A DNA stretch of 64,000 bases, from assembly GCA_951406725.2 (NCBI GenBank), contig OX597816.1, positions 82,708,001-82,772,000 on the forward strand, written 5' to 3'. Shown here piece by piece: positions 39,560 through 54,279 of the stretch. The stretch is from Octopus vulgaris (Eukaryota). How positions within the stretch are numbered: position 1 is the stretch's first letter; each line of letters opens with the position of its first letter. The notes under the pieces were generated by a model that worked only from the letters and a program-made list of their open reading frames with translations, was not told where the DNA came from and made no database searches. The translations under genes and the position numbers were made by a program.

Positions 39560-40410
39560 TAGCTATACATAACCCTACATAGATAACTGGTGAACTGACA
39601 AAGCTGTTACTGAATGATAAGACACCTTTGAACTTTTTAATCATTTTATAAATGTGGTTTATCCTATGCAGATCATTGTTGACAATAATACCTAGGTAAC
39701 ATTCACCTGTAGATTTTTTATGGTTGGTGTTATGGAGGGAATAGGTAAACTCTGGGCATTTCTACTTAAAATTATTGTAGTACACTTTCTATAGTCAGAT
39801 TCTGTTAACTGAGCAATCCATTGCTGCAATCTGTCCATATTAGATTGTGTGTGAGGTCTATAGCATATAAGGTCTGTTTTTTTTTTTTATAGTAAGATAC
39901 AACTTAATGTTATCTGCATATGTTGACACAACAACATGCTTCAGGCTGACAAAAGAATTTCATTAATATATACAATAAACAATAGGAGACAAAGAATAGA
40001 TCTTTATAGGACTAGATGTTATTGCAAAAGGTGCAGAGTGTTGTTCTAGTATTGTAGCTCTCTCTGTTTGACTGAGAATGACAGCTACAAAGATTAGCCT
40101 GCATGCTCATTACAGAGACCTTTGCCATGATAAAATAAAGGCATTGGCAAAGATAAGATAGATAGCATCAGCCCATGAGCCACTGTCTGTGACTTGGGTG
40201 ATGTCTTCAAAAAATTCTATGAGTTGGATACAGCAGCTGGAGTGGAGGGATAAATCAGAATTGTGAAGGTTGGATAAAGTTGTCTCTCTGACAGAGGACT
40301 TCATCAGTTTAGTGATACAGCTACTGAGACTGACTGGACAATAATTGATAAGGGATGTGTGACTATCCTTTTTGAACATGAAAATAACATTGGCAGTAAT
40401 CGACTGTTTA
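39560..40410 (-). mobile_element. Old CR1-like LINE remnant
   Basis: FKKDSHTSLINYCPVSLSSCITKLMKS...QLIEFFEDITQVTDSGSWADAIYLIFANAF; homologous to 34680-34810. Confidence 0.75.
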
Positions 40411-41143
40411 ACAGTTATTAAGTCAGTAGTGGAAGAGGAATGAAAACTGGTGCACTAGAAAAAGGGAGCTGCATTTAAGAAGCAGCTAAGTTGTGTCATG
40501 AAGACCAGGGGAAGCAGAGTTGCACATATACTCGAGATGCCATTGCAGCATTGCAAGAATAAATTTAAAAAATGTTATGGATGTTGTCAGTGACAGTGAA
40601 GATGGAACATTTGGATTTTCAAAAGAAAAAGTGTTAGTATAGCCTTCAGCAATAAGGTTTGAGCACTCTTTAGGGTCATAAGTAATTTGCTGATTGTGAA
40701 GTGGATTAATTTATACCATGTATGTATGTATATATGTAGGTATGTAAATGTATACATATATTTATGTACATACCTTTATTTATATATGTCTCTCTCTCTC
40801 TGTTTCTCTCCCCCTCTCCCTTTTTCCCTCTCTCCCTCTCTGTTTCTCTCCCTCCCTCTCTTTCTCTCTCTCTCCATACATACATACATGCATGCATGTA
40901 TATCATCCACCTTTCTATGCTTTAGAGAGATGAAATTTGTTAAGGTATATTTTACACTCCTTTATGCTCTTCCTATCACTAACCTCGCCTATTTCTAAGC
41001 CAGATAATATTTCTCCCAGGACTTTGAGCATGAACAGCACAATTATTAGATACCATGGATATTGATACTCAACAATTGTCAGATATGTTTTTTGTGCAAG
41101 TTATAGAGCGGTACAGAAGGTCCAGTCAAAGGGATGAACACAC

Positions 41144-41203
<60 letters not shown>

Positions 41204-41757
41204 AGAAACACATTCACATCTATGCACATACAAATAGATCTTTCAATTTACCTCTACTAAGTATGGTCCTAATGCTTTGGTCAGCTTGTGGTCCAGGGTG
41301 GCATACAGTGAGAATGAACCCATAACCATGATAAGGAGCTCTTTCTAACCACATAGCCATGTTTGTGCATACATACATACATACATGCATGCATACATAC
41401 ATACATACATGCATACATACATACATACATACATACATACACACACATGCATATGCACATGTGCACACACATGCATGCGCATGCACACACACATACACGT
41501 CACCCCCCACTGCACATGCACACATGCATTTCCATGATTGTATTAATTAGGTAAGGTATTACTGGGGGAAAATTTCTAACACTGGATACTCTTTCCTGAC
41601 ATCTAACACTCATGTTTCTAAGGGAGGTAATAATTCCCTCACTCAATATCCTGGTCATGCTTTCACAGAAATTCAGAAATTCATGCAGACATACATACAT
41701 ACATCCATACATACATACATACATACATACGTACATACATACGTACGTACATACATT

Positions 41758-41797
<40 letters not shown>

Positions 41798-41845
41798 TTG
41801 CTATAGTACATATTTATGTATGTATGTATGTATGTATACATATAT

Positions 41846-41908
<63 letters not shown>

Positions 41909-42009
41909 TAGATAGAAACATATTTATCCGGACATGAATGCACGTATGTATGTATGTATGTATGTATGTATGTATGTATGTATGTATGTATGTATGTATG
42001 TATGTATAG

Positions 42010-42392
42010 ATGCAGGCATGGCTGTGTGGTAAGAAGCTTGCTTTCCAACAACATGGTTCCAGGTTCAGTTCCCTGTGTGGTACCTTGGGTAAGTGTTTTC
42101 TACTTTAACCTCAGGCTGACTAAAGCTTTGTGAGTGGATTTGTAGATGATAATTGAAAGAAGCCCATTGTATATATGTATATATTTGTGCATCTGTGTTT
42201 GTCCCCAACACCATCGCTTGACAAGTGATGTTGGTGTGTTTATGTCCCCATAACTTAGCAGTTCACCAAAAGAGACTGATAGAATAAGTACTAGGCTTAC
42301 TAAGAATAAGTCCTAGGGTCAATTTGTTCAACTAAAGGCAGTGCTCCAACACGACCACTGTCAAAAGACAGAAACAAGTAAAAGAATAAAAG
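42010..42392 (+). mobile_element. SINE family A
   Basis: Sequence match. Confidence 0.88.
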
Positions 42393-42598
42393 TATATAAT
42401 ATATCATCATGATCGTCATAATGTGAAGTCCATCTTTAATGCTGGCCCGGGTTGACAGCTGGACATGATCCAATGAACCAGAAGACTGTCTTGAGTTCCA
42501 ATGTCTCTTAAGCATGATCTCTACAGCTGGATGTTCTTCCTAATGCTTTTTTCATGGCACTAATACTTGTGAGGTCACTAAGCATATTACGCACACAC

Positions 42599-42775
<177 letters not shown>

Positions 42776-43313
42776 CTGTGGGTATTGCACATCAATTCTC
42801 TCTACCTACATATAAAATATAGGGTTATAAATGTGGTTAAGTTCCTTTTTGATTTAGGTTTCCTTGAGCACTGAAATCAAATGCATACTTCTACAGAATC
42901 TATTATATTAATTTTGGGATATTTTTGCAAATTCCATTTTAATATGCACCTATATACATGCCTTACCCCTGTATAAGCACAGAAAAATAAGCTTACTAAC
43001 ATAATTGCTTAAAAGGTTCCATCTCCGTATAATATACACATGTGCAGAAATGTATACAAGTGTGTATGTATGTATGTATGTATGTATGTATGTATGTATG
43101 TATGTATGTATGTATGTATGTATGTATGTATGCATGTATGTATGTATGTATGCATGTATGTATCTATCTATCTCTCTATATATATCTATGTATGCATGTA
43201 TTTGAGAGTGTGTATATATACATGTGAGTATGTGTTTCTATGTGTGTGTCTCCTCCTTTTTATGTGTATGTATATGTGTGTATGTATTAATCTGTCTCTC
43301 TGTCTCTCTCTCT

Positions 43314-43358
<45 letters not shown>

Positions 43359-43436
43359 TGCATATGCATATAAACAACCATAAACCTATGGAAGTGCTGG
43401 GATTAAATAAATACATATTCACCTCTCAGACTTCCT

Positions 43437-43510
<74 letters not shown>

Positions 43511-43514
<4 letters not shown>

Positions 43515-44113
43515 GTAGTAGTAGGCAACCATCAGTTTTGAGAGGCCATGGATCTGTACCCAAAGAAATTGTGTCAGATGCTGATGGTGGTGTAGCACCT
43601 GTTGTGGCTTTACAGGCCCACATGGGAGTGGCAGTCATGCATACAGCAACACCATTTGAAGGAGCACTCTACTGGTGCTGCTGATTTTTCCTTCTGTTGA
43701 GTGCACTTTTCTTTGATGGCGAGTACCTGTTTTCCTTCCGTTCTCTTCATTCCCTTTCGCAGTATTTGCGTCCAGTGTGTGAAATCATTTGCAATCTCCT
43801 TCCATCTCAGGATGTCCAGATCAAGTGACTTCATATCTCTCTTACAGACATCTTTGAAACAGATGAGGTCATCCTCGTGCTCTTGTGCCGGTAGCCAATT
43901 CCCCGTACAGGAGGTCTTTTGGGATCCTTCCATCTGTCGAGGCTAAAAGCAAAATCCAAGGTGTGCCAGGTACTCACCAGAGAAATGCTGTTCACAGATA
44001 ATGCAGCACTAACAGTAGACTCTGTAAAGCAAATGCAGCACCTTGTGGACAAACTTTCAAAGGCCTGTCAGGAATTCAGACTGACTATCAGTCTGAATAA
44101 GTAATGGGTCAAA
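43511..44113 (-). mobile_element. RTE-clade LINE fragment with inverted 5' segment
   Basis: 43511 to about 43930 (-): FKDVCKRDMKSL...CMHDCHSHVGL plus (CTA)n tail. About 43927-44113 (+): FHLSRLKAKSKVCQVLTREMLFTDNAAL...ACQEFRLTISLNK (FADD-region RT motif). Confidence 0.85.
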
Positions 44114-44189
44114 GTGTGATATGTGTGTGTATGTGTGTCTGTGTGTATATGTGTGTGTGTGTGTATACACACACACACACAGAGGGAAT

Positions 44190-44571
44190 GAAGCTGATGC
44201 TGGTGTCGTGTACCTAGCACCTGTGCCAGTGACAGGTAAAAAGCACCTTTTGAGTGTTGGGCTTTATGGAGGCAATGACAAATGATCGAGACCCTTGGCA
44301 ATATGACGTGTGTGAGAAGAAGATCCATCAAACCAAATGTAATCATAGTTGTGACAGATACTGGTGTTACACAATTGGCACCTGTGCCAGAGACATGTAA
44401 AAGCACCTATTACACTCTCGGAGTAGCTAGCATCAGGAAGGGCATGCAGCTGTAGAAACCATACCAAATCAAATTGGAGTCTGGTGCAGCCCCACAGCTT
44501 ACCAGCTCTGGTTAGACCAGCCAACCCAAGCCAGCATGTTCAACGGATGTTAAATGATGATGATGATGATG

Positions 44572-44572
<1 letters not shown>
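44190..44572 (+). mobile_element. RTE 3'-UTR fragment (family C)
   Basis: Ends ...ggatgttaaatgatgatgatg. Confidence 0.85.
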
Positions 44573-44615
<43 letters not shown>

Positions 44616-44686
44616 AATACACGCACCTATATGTCCATATTATATATATATACATATATATATGTAATACATACACATATATGTCC

Positions 44687-44727
<41 letters not shown>

Positions 44728-45157
44728 GCATACACACACACACATGTGAAACAACTTCAGAGATTTGTAAGGTGTATATATAGAGGTCTTTAAAGAGTGT
44801 CTTGATGAATCCAAATTATGGCATGAGGCATAAAAAAGAGCAGCTCCGCCTGACTTCTTCACCAGAAACAGTAAAGAAAAGAAACCCAAACATACTGAAA
44901 GGCAGTGCTCTAGCATGGCCATAGCTCCTGGCAAAAACCAGTAAAAAATAAAAGAAAAAAAATGAACAATATATATGAATTTTTTTTGTTTCTTTGTGTC
45001 TATGTTTGTCCCCACCAACACCATTTGATAACAGGTGATGGTTTGTTTACATCCTTGTAACAAAACAGACCTGTACAGTAAGTACCAGACTATAAAAAGT
45101 CCCTACAAGGCTGTGCCCCAGCATGATTGTAGTCTAATAACTGAAAACAACTAAAAG

Positions 45158-45223
<66 letters not shown>

Positions 45224-45751
45224 GTTATCGAACACACATACTCAGTGTATGTGCTTTGCTCATTCATATTTGAATACATACACACACATGTATATATACA
45301 AACACACATACATATATACATGCATGCATATATGCACACACATATACATTCTTACACATATATACAAACACATTCAAAGGAAGTGGGGAGAGAGAGAGAG
45401 AGAGATTGCTAAATGTTTCCTTTACAATAGTAAAGTCTTATCTTCAACACCTCTGCATAGAACTTTAGGTACATGTCACCAGCCATAATCTCTGGCTAAC
45501 CCAAAGTTTATGAGAAAAACCTAATTAGAAGTATGACAGAAAGAATCGTACATGTAATTTAAAATACCTATATCATATTGAGTCCTTCCAAAAATCATAT
45601 TAAGGGTATGTTTGTGAACTGTTCAGCCATTTATGCTATAGCATAGCAGCATGTAGGTAGATTCCATCAATTGAAAAAAGTGGTTCCCTCATCATTGAAA
45701 ACCGACATGCTTTCCATTAGATACAGAGAAAGAGAAATACATACATATTCA

Positions 45752-45852
<101 letters not shown>

Positions 45853-46091
45853 ATAATGTTCAGTAATTATAAGCAATGATATGACAATTGTATATCAATC
45901 AATCAACATCCACTTAAAGAAAGCAAGTAGTATATAGAAAATACAAGAATGTGTTATTTGCTCCAAGAGCTATTAAGAACTTCCTTCTTCTTGTTTTCTT
46001 TCACTTTCTCTCTCTCTTGTTCGTATGAGGCTATATATATGCAAATACTCATTGAGACACGCATGTAAAAACGTATGTATATGTGCATTTC

Positions 46092-46136
<45 letters not shown>

Positions 46137-46236
46137 TCTCCACACACATGTATAGATGTAAGTACATGTATATATATATATATATATATGCATGCATGTA
46201 TGTATGTCCCTGTATGTGCATACATAAATACTATTC

Positions 46237-46274
<38 letters not shown>

Positions 46275-46439
46275 GTATACTCTATCTTCAGTACAAGTAT
46301 TCCTTTTACTCACTCATTAGCCTCTGTTCAGCTTGCATAGCATAGCTGTCTTAACTGTGTTACCAACTATTAATCTCCTTTGGAACCACTTTGCCATTGT
46401 GCATTCTCATTTACTTGCATTTCATTTGGTCATCTTCTC

Positions 46440-46509
<70 letters not shown>

Positions 46510-46605
46510 TGTGCGCGTGTGTGTTTGTGTGTGTACATTATGTACATATATGATGTTGTATGACATGTGTTTAGCTATGGATATAATGCATTCCTAGTCT
46601 CACTC

Positions 46606-46658
<53 letters not shown>

Positions 46659-46756
46659 TATATAAGCATACGCACACACATATATGTATCATTACACAAA
46701 CACATGTATATACACACACACATATATTTCTGTATAAATAGATATGTATGCATGTG

Positions 46757-46806
<50 letters not shown>

Positions 46807-47323
46807 CACATATATGTAATATATAGATATACATATATATGCATATATATTTGCATACATATGCACATGCACACACACATAAACACACATCTATGCATGT
46901 ATACATGCAGACACAAACACGCAGATACACATACACACATTTTAGCCCTCATGTATATGTATATATTTATGTGTGCGCATGTGCATCTGTGTGCATGTGC
47001 ATCTGTGTGTATGTGCATCTATGCGTGTGTGTGTGTGCTTGTGTATATGTGTATACATGCATAAACACACACGCATATATACTTACGCATACATTCTGTT
47101 TAATAATATTTTTCTCTTGTGTCATACTACTTCTGTCATCTCTTTCTTTCGCTGTTGAAAGTCTTTGACATTTCTTATGATTTCAGCTCTTATATGTCAG
47201 AATACAGTTGTGTGTAAGCATTTTCATGAAGCTTAGACATGCATGCATGCACATGCATGAGCACACACACACACACACACATGCACACACACACATGTAC
47301 ATGCAAACACACACTTACAAAAG

Positions 47324-47354
<31 letters not shown>

Positions 47355-47552
47355 GCGTGTGTGTGTGTGTCTGTGTGTATGAATTTGCATATATGTATAT
47401 CTATGCATGCATGTATGTATGCATATATATGTATGTATATACATACGAAGAAGTAAACAAAACAATTATTATACAAAAGAAAAAAAAAAGGAAAAAAAAT
47501 GAACACGTAAATTCAGTTTGCTTCCATAGTACATCTGTAAATTTTGACATAC

Positions 47553-47624
47553 CTCGAGGAATTCTGTATTTCTTGAAGATTTCTTTTTCTCTTGGCATTT
47601 TCCTAATCTTCCAGTTTTGTCTGC
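47553..47624 (-). CDS. 72-nt exon; phase-1 frame RQNWKIRKMPREKEIFKKYRIPR, with a possible start at ATG 47598
   Basis: Acceptor ttttagcgttgcag|G and donor GAG|gtatgt; unique purine-rich sequence among microsatellites; length divisible by 3; two of three frames open. Confidence 0.6.
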
Positions 47625-47797
47625 CTGCAACGCTAAAATGAACCTTTAAAAATATTGTGTATGTATGTATAAAGTCTGTATTTATATATCTATATTTATA
47701 TGGATATATATATGTAATTATATATATATTATCTATATTTGTTTCTTTCTCTGTCTATGTCTATCTATCTTTATATATATGTATATGTATATATATG

Positions 47798-47861
<64 letters not shown>

Positions 47862-48937
47862 ATTAAAATTTGTATTTCTTATTTTGGCAGTAATCTAGGC
47901 AAACTCTTCTCTCTTCACTGCCTGTTTCCTAGACTTCTGCACTGAAATATATTAGGTTTCTGGCTTCCCTCTCCTCTATCATTTATATTGATTAAGTTAT
48001 CTTGCATTTCCTTCCCTGCTGCTAGATTGTAAAAAAAAAACAAAAACAACAACAACAAAAACAAAAACAAAAAAAAATCAAAAACAAACCAACAAGAACA
48101 AAAATTCCAACTACAACAAAACAAAATAAAACAAAAAAGGTATGATTTCCATTTGCTGGCGTTCTCTTACAGCCAGCCACACTCTACTCCTCCTATTGGA
48201 AATTCCATTTCAGCAGCTGTTTCTTCATTGTCTAATGATCATAGAATTATGTGTCAGCGTTGAATTTATGTTTAGATGTTCTGTTTCAGTAGTTCACAGA
48301 TTTTACATTTAGTTGCTGCATGCTGCTGCTGTGCCAGTGTTTAATTTAGAATTTCTGTTCAGCTTTTGTGTCCTTTGTTGTTCAACATAGTGTTTGCATT
48401 TATTTAGCTGCTGTGTGATGTATCTGTTATTTCATTAATGAGCAGTTTGTATTTAGCTGCAAAAATGTTACCAATATAATTCTTAGTTTGTGTTTAGCTG
48501 CTAGTAGCTATTGTCAATATAAATTTAGTGTTTAGTTTCTGTGTGTCTGTTGTTGTTTAATCCCAGGTGAGCACTGACCAGATAACCTAATGATCAAAGA
48601 CATTCCAGCTATGAACATTCCATCTATTTTCCTTTTTATTCAGATATAGTGTATCAAGTAACCTAGTGGTTAGGGTATGGAGTGATTGTGAGGTTGTAGG
48701 TTCAGTTCTCACACTCATTGGCACGTTGTATCATTGAGTATGTCACTTCAATTCATGTTGCTTTAGTTCACTCAGATGAAAAGGAATATCAACCACCACA
48801 ACTGAGATTAGCATCCCATTCGGTGAAGAGTCTTGGAAATCCAGACAAGCGCCATCTTCACGAACCTGTATGGTCAAGTTAAATATATATGTATGTACAT
48901 ACATATATATCTATATATCTATATCTATATATATCTA

Positions 48938-49012
<75 letters not shown>

Positions 49013-52000
49013 GTTTATATATATATATATATATGTGTGTATATATATATATGTATGTATATATGTATATATGTGTGTGTGTATATATGTTTATATATAT
49101 ATGTATGTATATAAATATGTATATGTGTGTGTATATATATATGTATGTACACACACACACATACATACACACATATATATATATATACCTATCCTTTATC
49201 TTTTACTTGTTTCAGTCATTAAACTGCATCCTTGAAGAAGTTTTTACTTAAAGGAATTGACCTCAGTACTTTTTACTTTTTAAGCCTGTTACTTACTCTG
49301 TTGATCTCTTTTGCTGAAGTGCTAAGTTGTGGTGACGTAAACACACCAGGCCTGTACCAATATATAGTGTATCTAAAATTAAATAATCCAGAGTATCCTT
49401 CCTCCTTTGAAATGGTAGGGTGTAATTCAGTGGAGATTTAGCTGCTATTTCTTGCAGATTGAACGACTATCTAGAGGTGCCCTCATTAACATGTTACTTG
49501 ATAATGATGGGTTGGTTTTGCTGAATGAGCTAATCTATGATTGAAGGCATTCCTCTCATGACCATCCCATCTCACCATTACGTCAGGTAAACGATACCAA
49601 AGACAAAATTACTGAATGTCTCCTTTCTATTTTAAGACAGTAAAGTTTGAGTTGAGGAAGGTGTAGCTGCTATTTCTTGCCAGTCAACTGACCACATAGA
49701 GGCTTCCTTGTTGGTTCATGGATCTTGTGCTTAGAGCATCTGGGTTTCCCAAGTGGTTACTCATCTAAGTATTGTAACCAGGCCTGACATTAGCTGGTTT
49801 CCATGATCAGACAATGATTGTAGCATCATTATATTTAGTTACTGGGGGATGTTGATATAACATTGGTGTTTAGCTGCTGTCTGTTGTTGTAGTTGCTACA
49901 GTTGTTGTTTAACTCTGGTCAACAATGATTGAGTAAGTCATCAATCAAAAACACTGTAGCTGTGACTATCTAGTGTTGTGTTATATTTTAGCCTACAATG
50001 ACCAGTATAGTTTTCTCTTTTTAAAAAAAAAAAATGAATGATTTGAGGGGAATTTGGCTGCTATTTCTAGCGAGTCAATCGACAACAAGAGACTGTCTTG
50101 TTGGACTGAGTTGGTGCTGTTAGTTGCTGATGATGGGTTTGGTATTTATTGTTAATATAAAGTTATATTAAACATTATAGGACACCAGTATGAAATAGAG
50201 AACTTTAATTGGCTCACTCAGTGACCAGAACCATCATTTAACTTTGTAGACACCGCAAAATTATTCACCATCTTTACAGCAACAAACTTGGCAATCTCTT
50301 TGGATTCAATACCTTTTCCACCTGTGGATATTCTTGCAAAAAAAAAAAAAATAATGCAGAACCTATGACGTTTGAAAATATTTTTTCACACCTGGAATTG
50401 TTAAAAATGGAAGAAACTATCTGCATTTGGTGTTGACTGTCAGGACACTGCATCTTCAAAAATGCCATGCTTTGCCAAAACTACTCCAGATTTACCTTTG
50501 CATTCTTTCCTCTATATAGTTATTTTATTGTTCACTTTCCTGTCTTTATGTGTTTTATCCTGTGCATCATGCTTGTTTCTTTGGCTTTCATTGTTGTCTT
50601 ACATTACTTGACTTATTGCTGCCTTCCGTTACCTCTTCTACCCTTTTCCTAAACACTCTCTACAATAAGGTCATTATTACTATTTTTTTAAATACCTTCT
50701 GGATTCTGAGATAAGGCTGACTTTGCTTTTCATCCGTCCCAAGTCGGTAAATGCTTTACTAGTGATATATTGATATTAATTCAGCACTCGTACACTTTTA
50801 CGCCATCACACCTTTTCACCATTATCTGTCACAAATCCACCTTTTTTACCTCAAGGCACAGAGAGCTCAGCAGACAGCAGCAACTTATATACACAGACAT
50901 ACATATAAATTCACTCACACACACCTACACATGCAGTACTGACACCCAACATGAGAAATAACAGCTATATTTCCTGTTAAAATTATGAATTTTAATGGGG
51001 GATATAATTGTTATTTCTAGCATGTTGGGTGGACATTATAAAACATGTACTGTTAATATCTAGTATACTAAGAAGAAGAGCAGCTATATCTGTGTATTAC
51101 CCTACAGCTATATTCCTGGTTAAAAGTATAAATTTCATGATAAATTTTGTTGTTAAAAATCAAAGTTTATCACAAAATTTATGATTTTAACTGGGATAGC
51201 TGCTGTTTGTAGCACATGGTCATCAAAATTCATGTATTTATGTGTGTGTGCATTTGTGTGTATGTGTGCATGCAAGTGTGTGTGTTTGTGTGTGTTGGCA
51301 CATATATGCAAGTATGTGTATGAATTGCTGCTGTTCTGCTGAGCTCTCTGTGGCTTGAGATGCAAAGGTAGTTTCATGGTGGCAAAAGAGGCAGGTGGTC
51401 TGAAAGTGCATGAGCACTATTTATTTAACTGATTAATAATAATTTGGCCTTGTTCCCATGTACAAGATCAATGTATGTTTAGTTAGTTGGATGTTGGTTG
51501 TAATGAATGGTTTGTGTTCAGTTGTTTATTGTTGTAAATCCATTTATGGTGTTATTTTTTGCCAAGTTTAGGACCACTTTTTGACATGCAATATATATGC
51601 TGTAGTGTAGCAGTCTTGGTATGTCATATACTCTCCATTGTACAAGCCTGTTTTTGCATATCTGTAGATTCAGGTAGCAGCCACAACAGAGAGGGCAACG
51701 TGAATTTAGTCTGAATGTGACATCTGCTGATCCTCTTGCATATATTATTGGTACCGTGCATTCATCACACAGTTGAGGGATACTGGCAGCATTGATACTG
51801 CTGCTATTTTTCTATGTATGTAGGTTTTTTTTTTATCCTTGTCTGGGATGTGTGGGAGAAATAATGTTTTTAGGACAGTGTTTTTATAGTGGTTGGGAAC
51901 GTTGTAGATGTGTCTGTAGGTGTGGAGAATTTTTTAAACCTTATCTTTTACTTGTTTTAGTCACTGGTCTACGGCCATGCTGGGGGTACTGCTTTGAAGG

Positions 52001-52167
52001 GTTTTAGCTGCACCAATTGACCTCAATATATATATTTTTTTGATTCTGGTACTTATTACTTATTCTATTGGTTCAAACTACTAAGAGATGTAAACATACC
52101 AACACAGATTGCAAATCAAACGATGTTGGGGACAGACATGGTCAAAGATACCCCTCTCATATATATA

Positions 52168-52599
52168 CAAGCAGGTGCTGAAAGGTTCCTGGCTTTGGGT
52201 AAAAGAAAATACCAGAGGATCGGTAAATTACAATTTTATTCATCATATTCCCCTTTCAGATTCACACACTTATTGCAGAGGTCTTTCAGTTTTTCTAAAC
52301 CCTGAAAAAGAACTTGGAAAGTTGGACCCTTACCAGGTCTTTCACAATATACTTAAAGCCAGCTGGCAGAAATGTTCAAATGCCCAGTGAAATGGTTAGC
52401 GGTATTTCATCTGTCTTTATGTTCTGAGTTCAAATTCTGCCGAGGTCAACTTTGCCTTTCATCCTTTCAAGGTTGATAAATGAAGTACCAGTTGCATACT
52501 GGGGTTGATCTAATCGACTGTTCCCCCACCAAATTTTGGGCCTTTTGCCTAGAGTAGAAAAGAATATGCTTAAAGCCAGGAACTTTTCAGCACCCCTCA
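52168..52599. mobile_element. mariner-type MITE interrupted by SINE B
   Basis: TIRs ggtgctgaaaggttcctggcttt / aaagccaggaacttttcagcacc in (TA)n context. Confidence 0.8.
52361..52562 (+). mobile_element. SINE B with 15-bp TSD
   Basis: aatatacttaaagcc (52346-52360) / aatatgcttaaagcc (52563-52577). Confidence 0.85.
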
Positions 52600-52613
52600 A
52601 ATATGTATGTATG

Positions 52614-52660
<47 letters not shown>

Positions 52661-52665
<5 letters not shown>

Positions 52666-53886
52666 AGGTATTTGAGGGCATACCTTTTTTGGGTCATTGT
52701 TGCATTTTTTGCTGACTCTGTATAATCTTTGTTTCAGAAAATAATAATGGCAGACCCTCAGCTTACTGAAGAAATGAAGAGGTATAATGTTATTGTGGTT
52801 ATAAAGGCTGAGCATAGTGATTTAGAAATATCTCGAGTTTTCAGATCCTTCATCTACAAAGTTTGTAAGGAACTAGAGACTGAAGATGGAAACATATCAC
52901 CAGTATCAAAGCATAAAAGCATTCTAAATGCTCTGAAATCATCAGCAAGTTCAAGAAACCATTGATTATAATCCCAGAAAGTCCATGAGGTCAATTGCAA
53001 AAGATCTCTATGTGTCAGAAGGAACAGTCAGAAATGCTGTCTGCGAAGACATCAGATATAAGTCTTATAGGATGAAGAAAGGTCAATTTGTCCAAAACAG
53101 CAAAAGAAAACCACTACATCAGATTTAAAAGGCTCTTAAACTGAAAAATCCAGCAGAAGAAGATTTGATTTGGTTTTTCTCTAATGAGAAAAACTTTGAC
53201 CAAGATCAAAAAGTTAATGGAAGAAATGACAGACGGTTATGTGCAGACCCTTCTGAAGTTCCAAGTGTTATGCATACAAAATTTCCTGCAACTGTCATGG
53301 TTTTAGGGGTTGTTAGCAATGAAGGACATATGATGCCTCCTTACTTCTTTCCACAAAGCCTTAGAATTAACTCTGCTGCCTATATTGAGGTCCTGGAAAT
53401 AATTGTTAAGCCCTGGATAGGCAGTGTATGCAATGGAAGGCCATATATGTTTCAGTAATACTCTGTACTATCACACATGGCTCTAGTAACACAGAAATGG
53501 ATGGCTGAAAATTTTCATGATCACATAACCCCTAACATTTGACCTCCTAATTCCCCAGATCTCAATACATTGGACTGTTACATGTGGAGCGTTGTTGAGA
53601 GAGAGGTCAATAAACACGCCCATAACACCAAAGATTCTTTGAAAGCTGCCATAGTCCAAGTAATGTCCAAAATGAACCAGGACCACTTGATTTGAGATTG
53701 TAGATGATTTAGATCTCATATAGAAGTAGTTGTTGAAGCTGAAGGTGGCTTTGTTGAATAACGTTATAGAAAAGAAGGTTTATTTTTATCCTCATAGCAT
53801 ATTTTGATAAATAAAGTTATCATCTGTTATTATATATCTGTCTTTTCATAAACATAAACCTGTCCTCAAATATATTATGTACCCTG
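52661..53886 (+). mobile_element. Tc1/mariner superfamily transposon, DD37D (maT) type; transposase pseudogene
   Basis: WFFSNEKNF..RNDR, VMVLGVVSNEG, FQ*Y(D)S..H, (W)PPNSPDLNTLD with 37 residues between the 2nd and 3rd catalytic positions; TIR acataa..atttgagg.ca at both ends, right end ...accctg|ta; stops and frameshifts. Confidence 0.9.
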
Positions 53887-53904
53887 TATTTATATATATA
53901 TATA

Positions 53905-54160
53905 GGTGGCACATAAAAAGCACCATTTGAGCATGGCCGTTGCCAGTACTGCCTGACTGGCCCTTGTGCCGGTGGCACGTAAAAAGCACCAACTACACTC
54001 TTGGAGTGGTTGGTGTTAGGAAGGGCATCCAGCTGTAGAAACTCTGCCAGATCAGATTGGAGTCTGGTGCAGCCATCTGGTTCGCCAGACCTTAGTCAAA
54101 TCATCCAACCCATGCTAGCATGGAAAGTGGATGTTAAACGATGATGATGATGATGATGAT
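53905..54160 (+). mobile_element. RTE 3'-UTR fragment (family C)
   Basis: Ends ...gatgttaaacgatgatgatg. Confidence 0.88.
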
Positions 54161-54279
54161 ATATATAAATATATATATATAGTTAATCCAAACAAGAAAA
54201 CACAAAAAAACACAGCAACGCGAGGACGTGAAACAAATAAAGTATTATTGGACACTCAGGAAAGAAGGGAAGAAGGAGG

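Noticed and set aside
41530-41556. Plus-strand TAG|GTAAGG recursive-site look-alike
   Set aside because: Poor pyrimidine tract, and opposite to the inferred gene strand.
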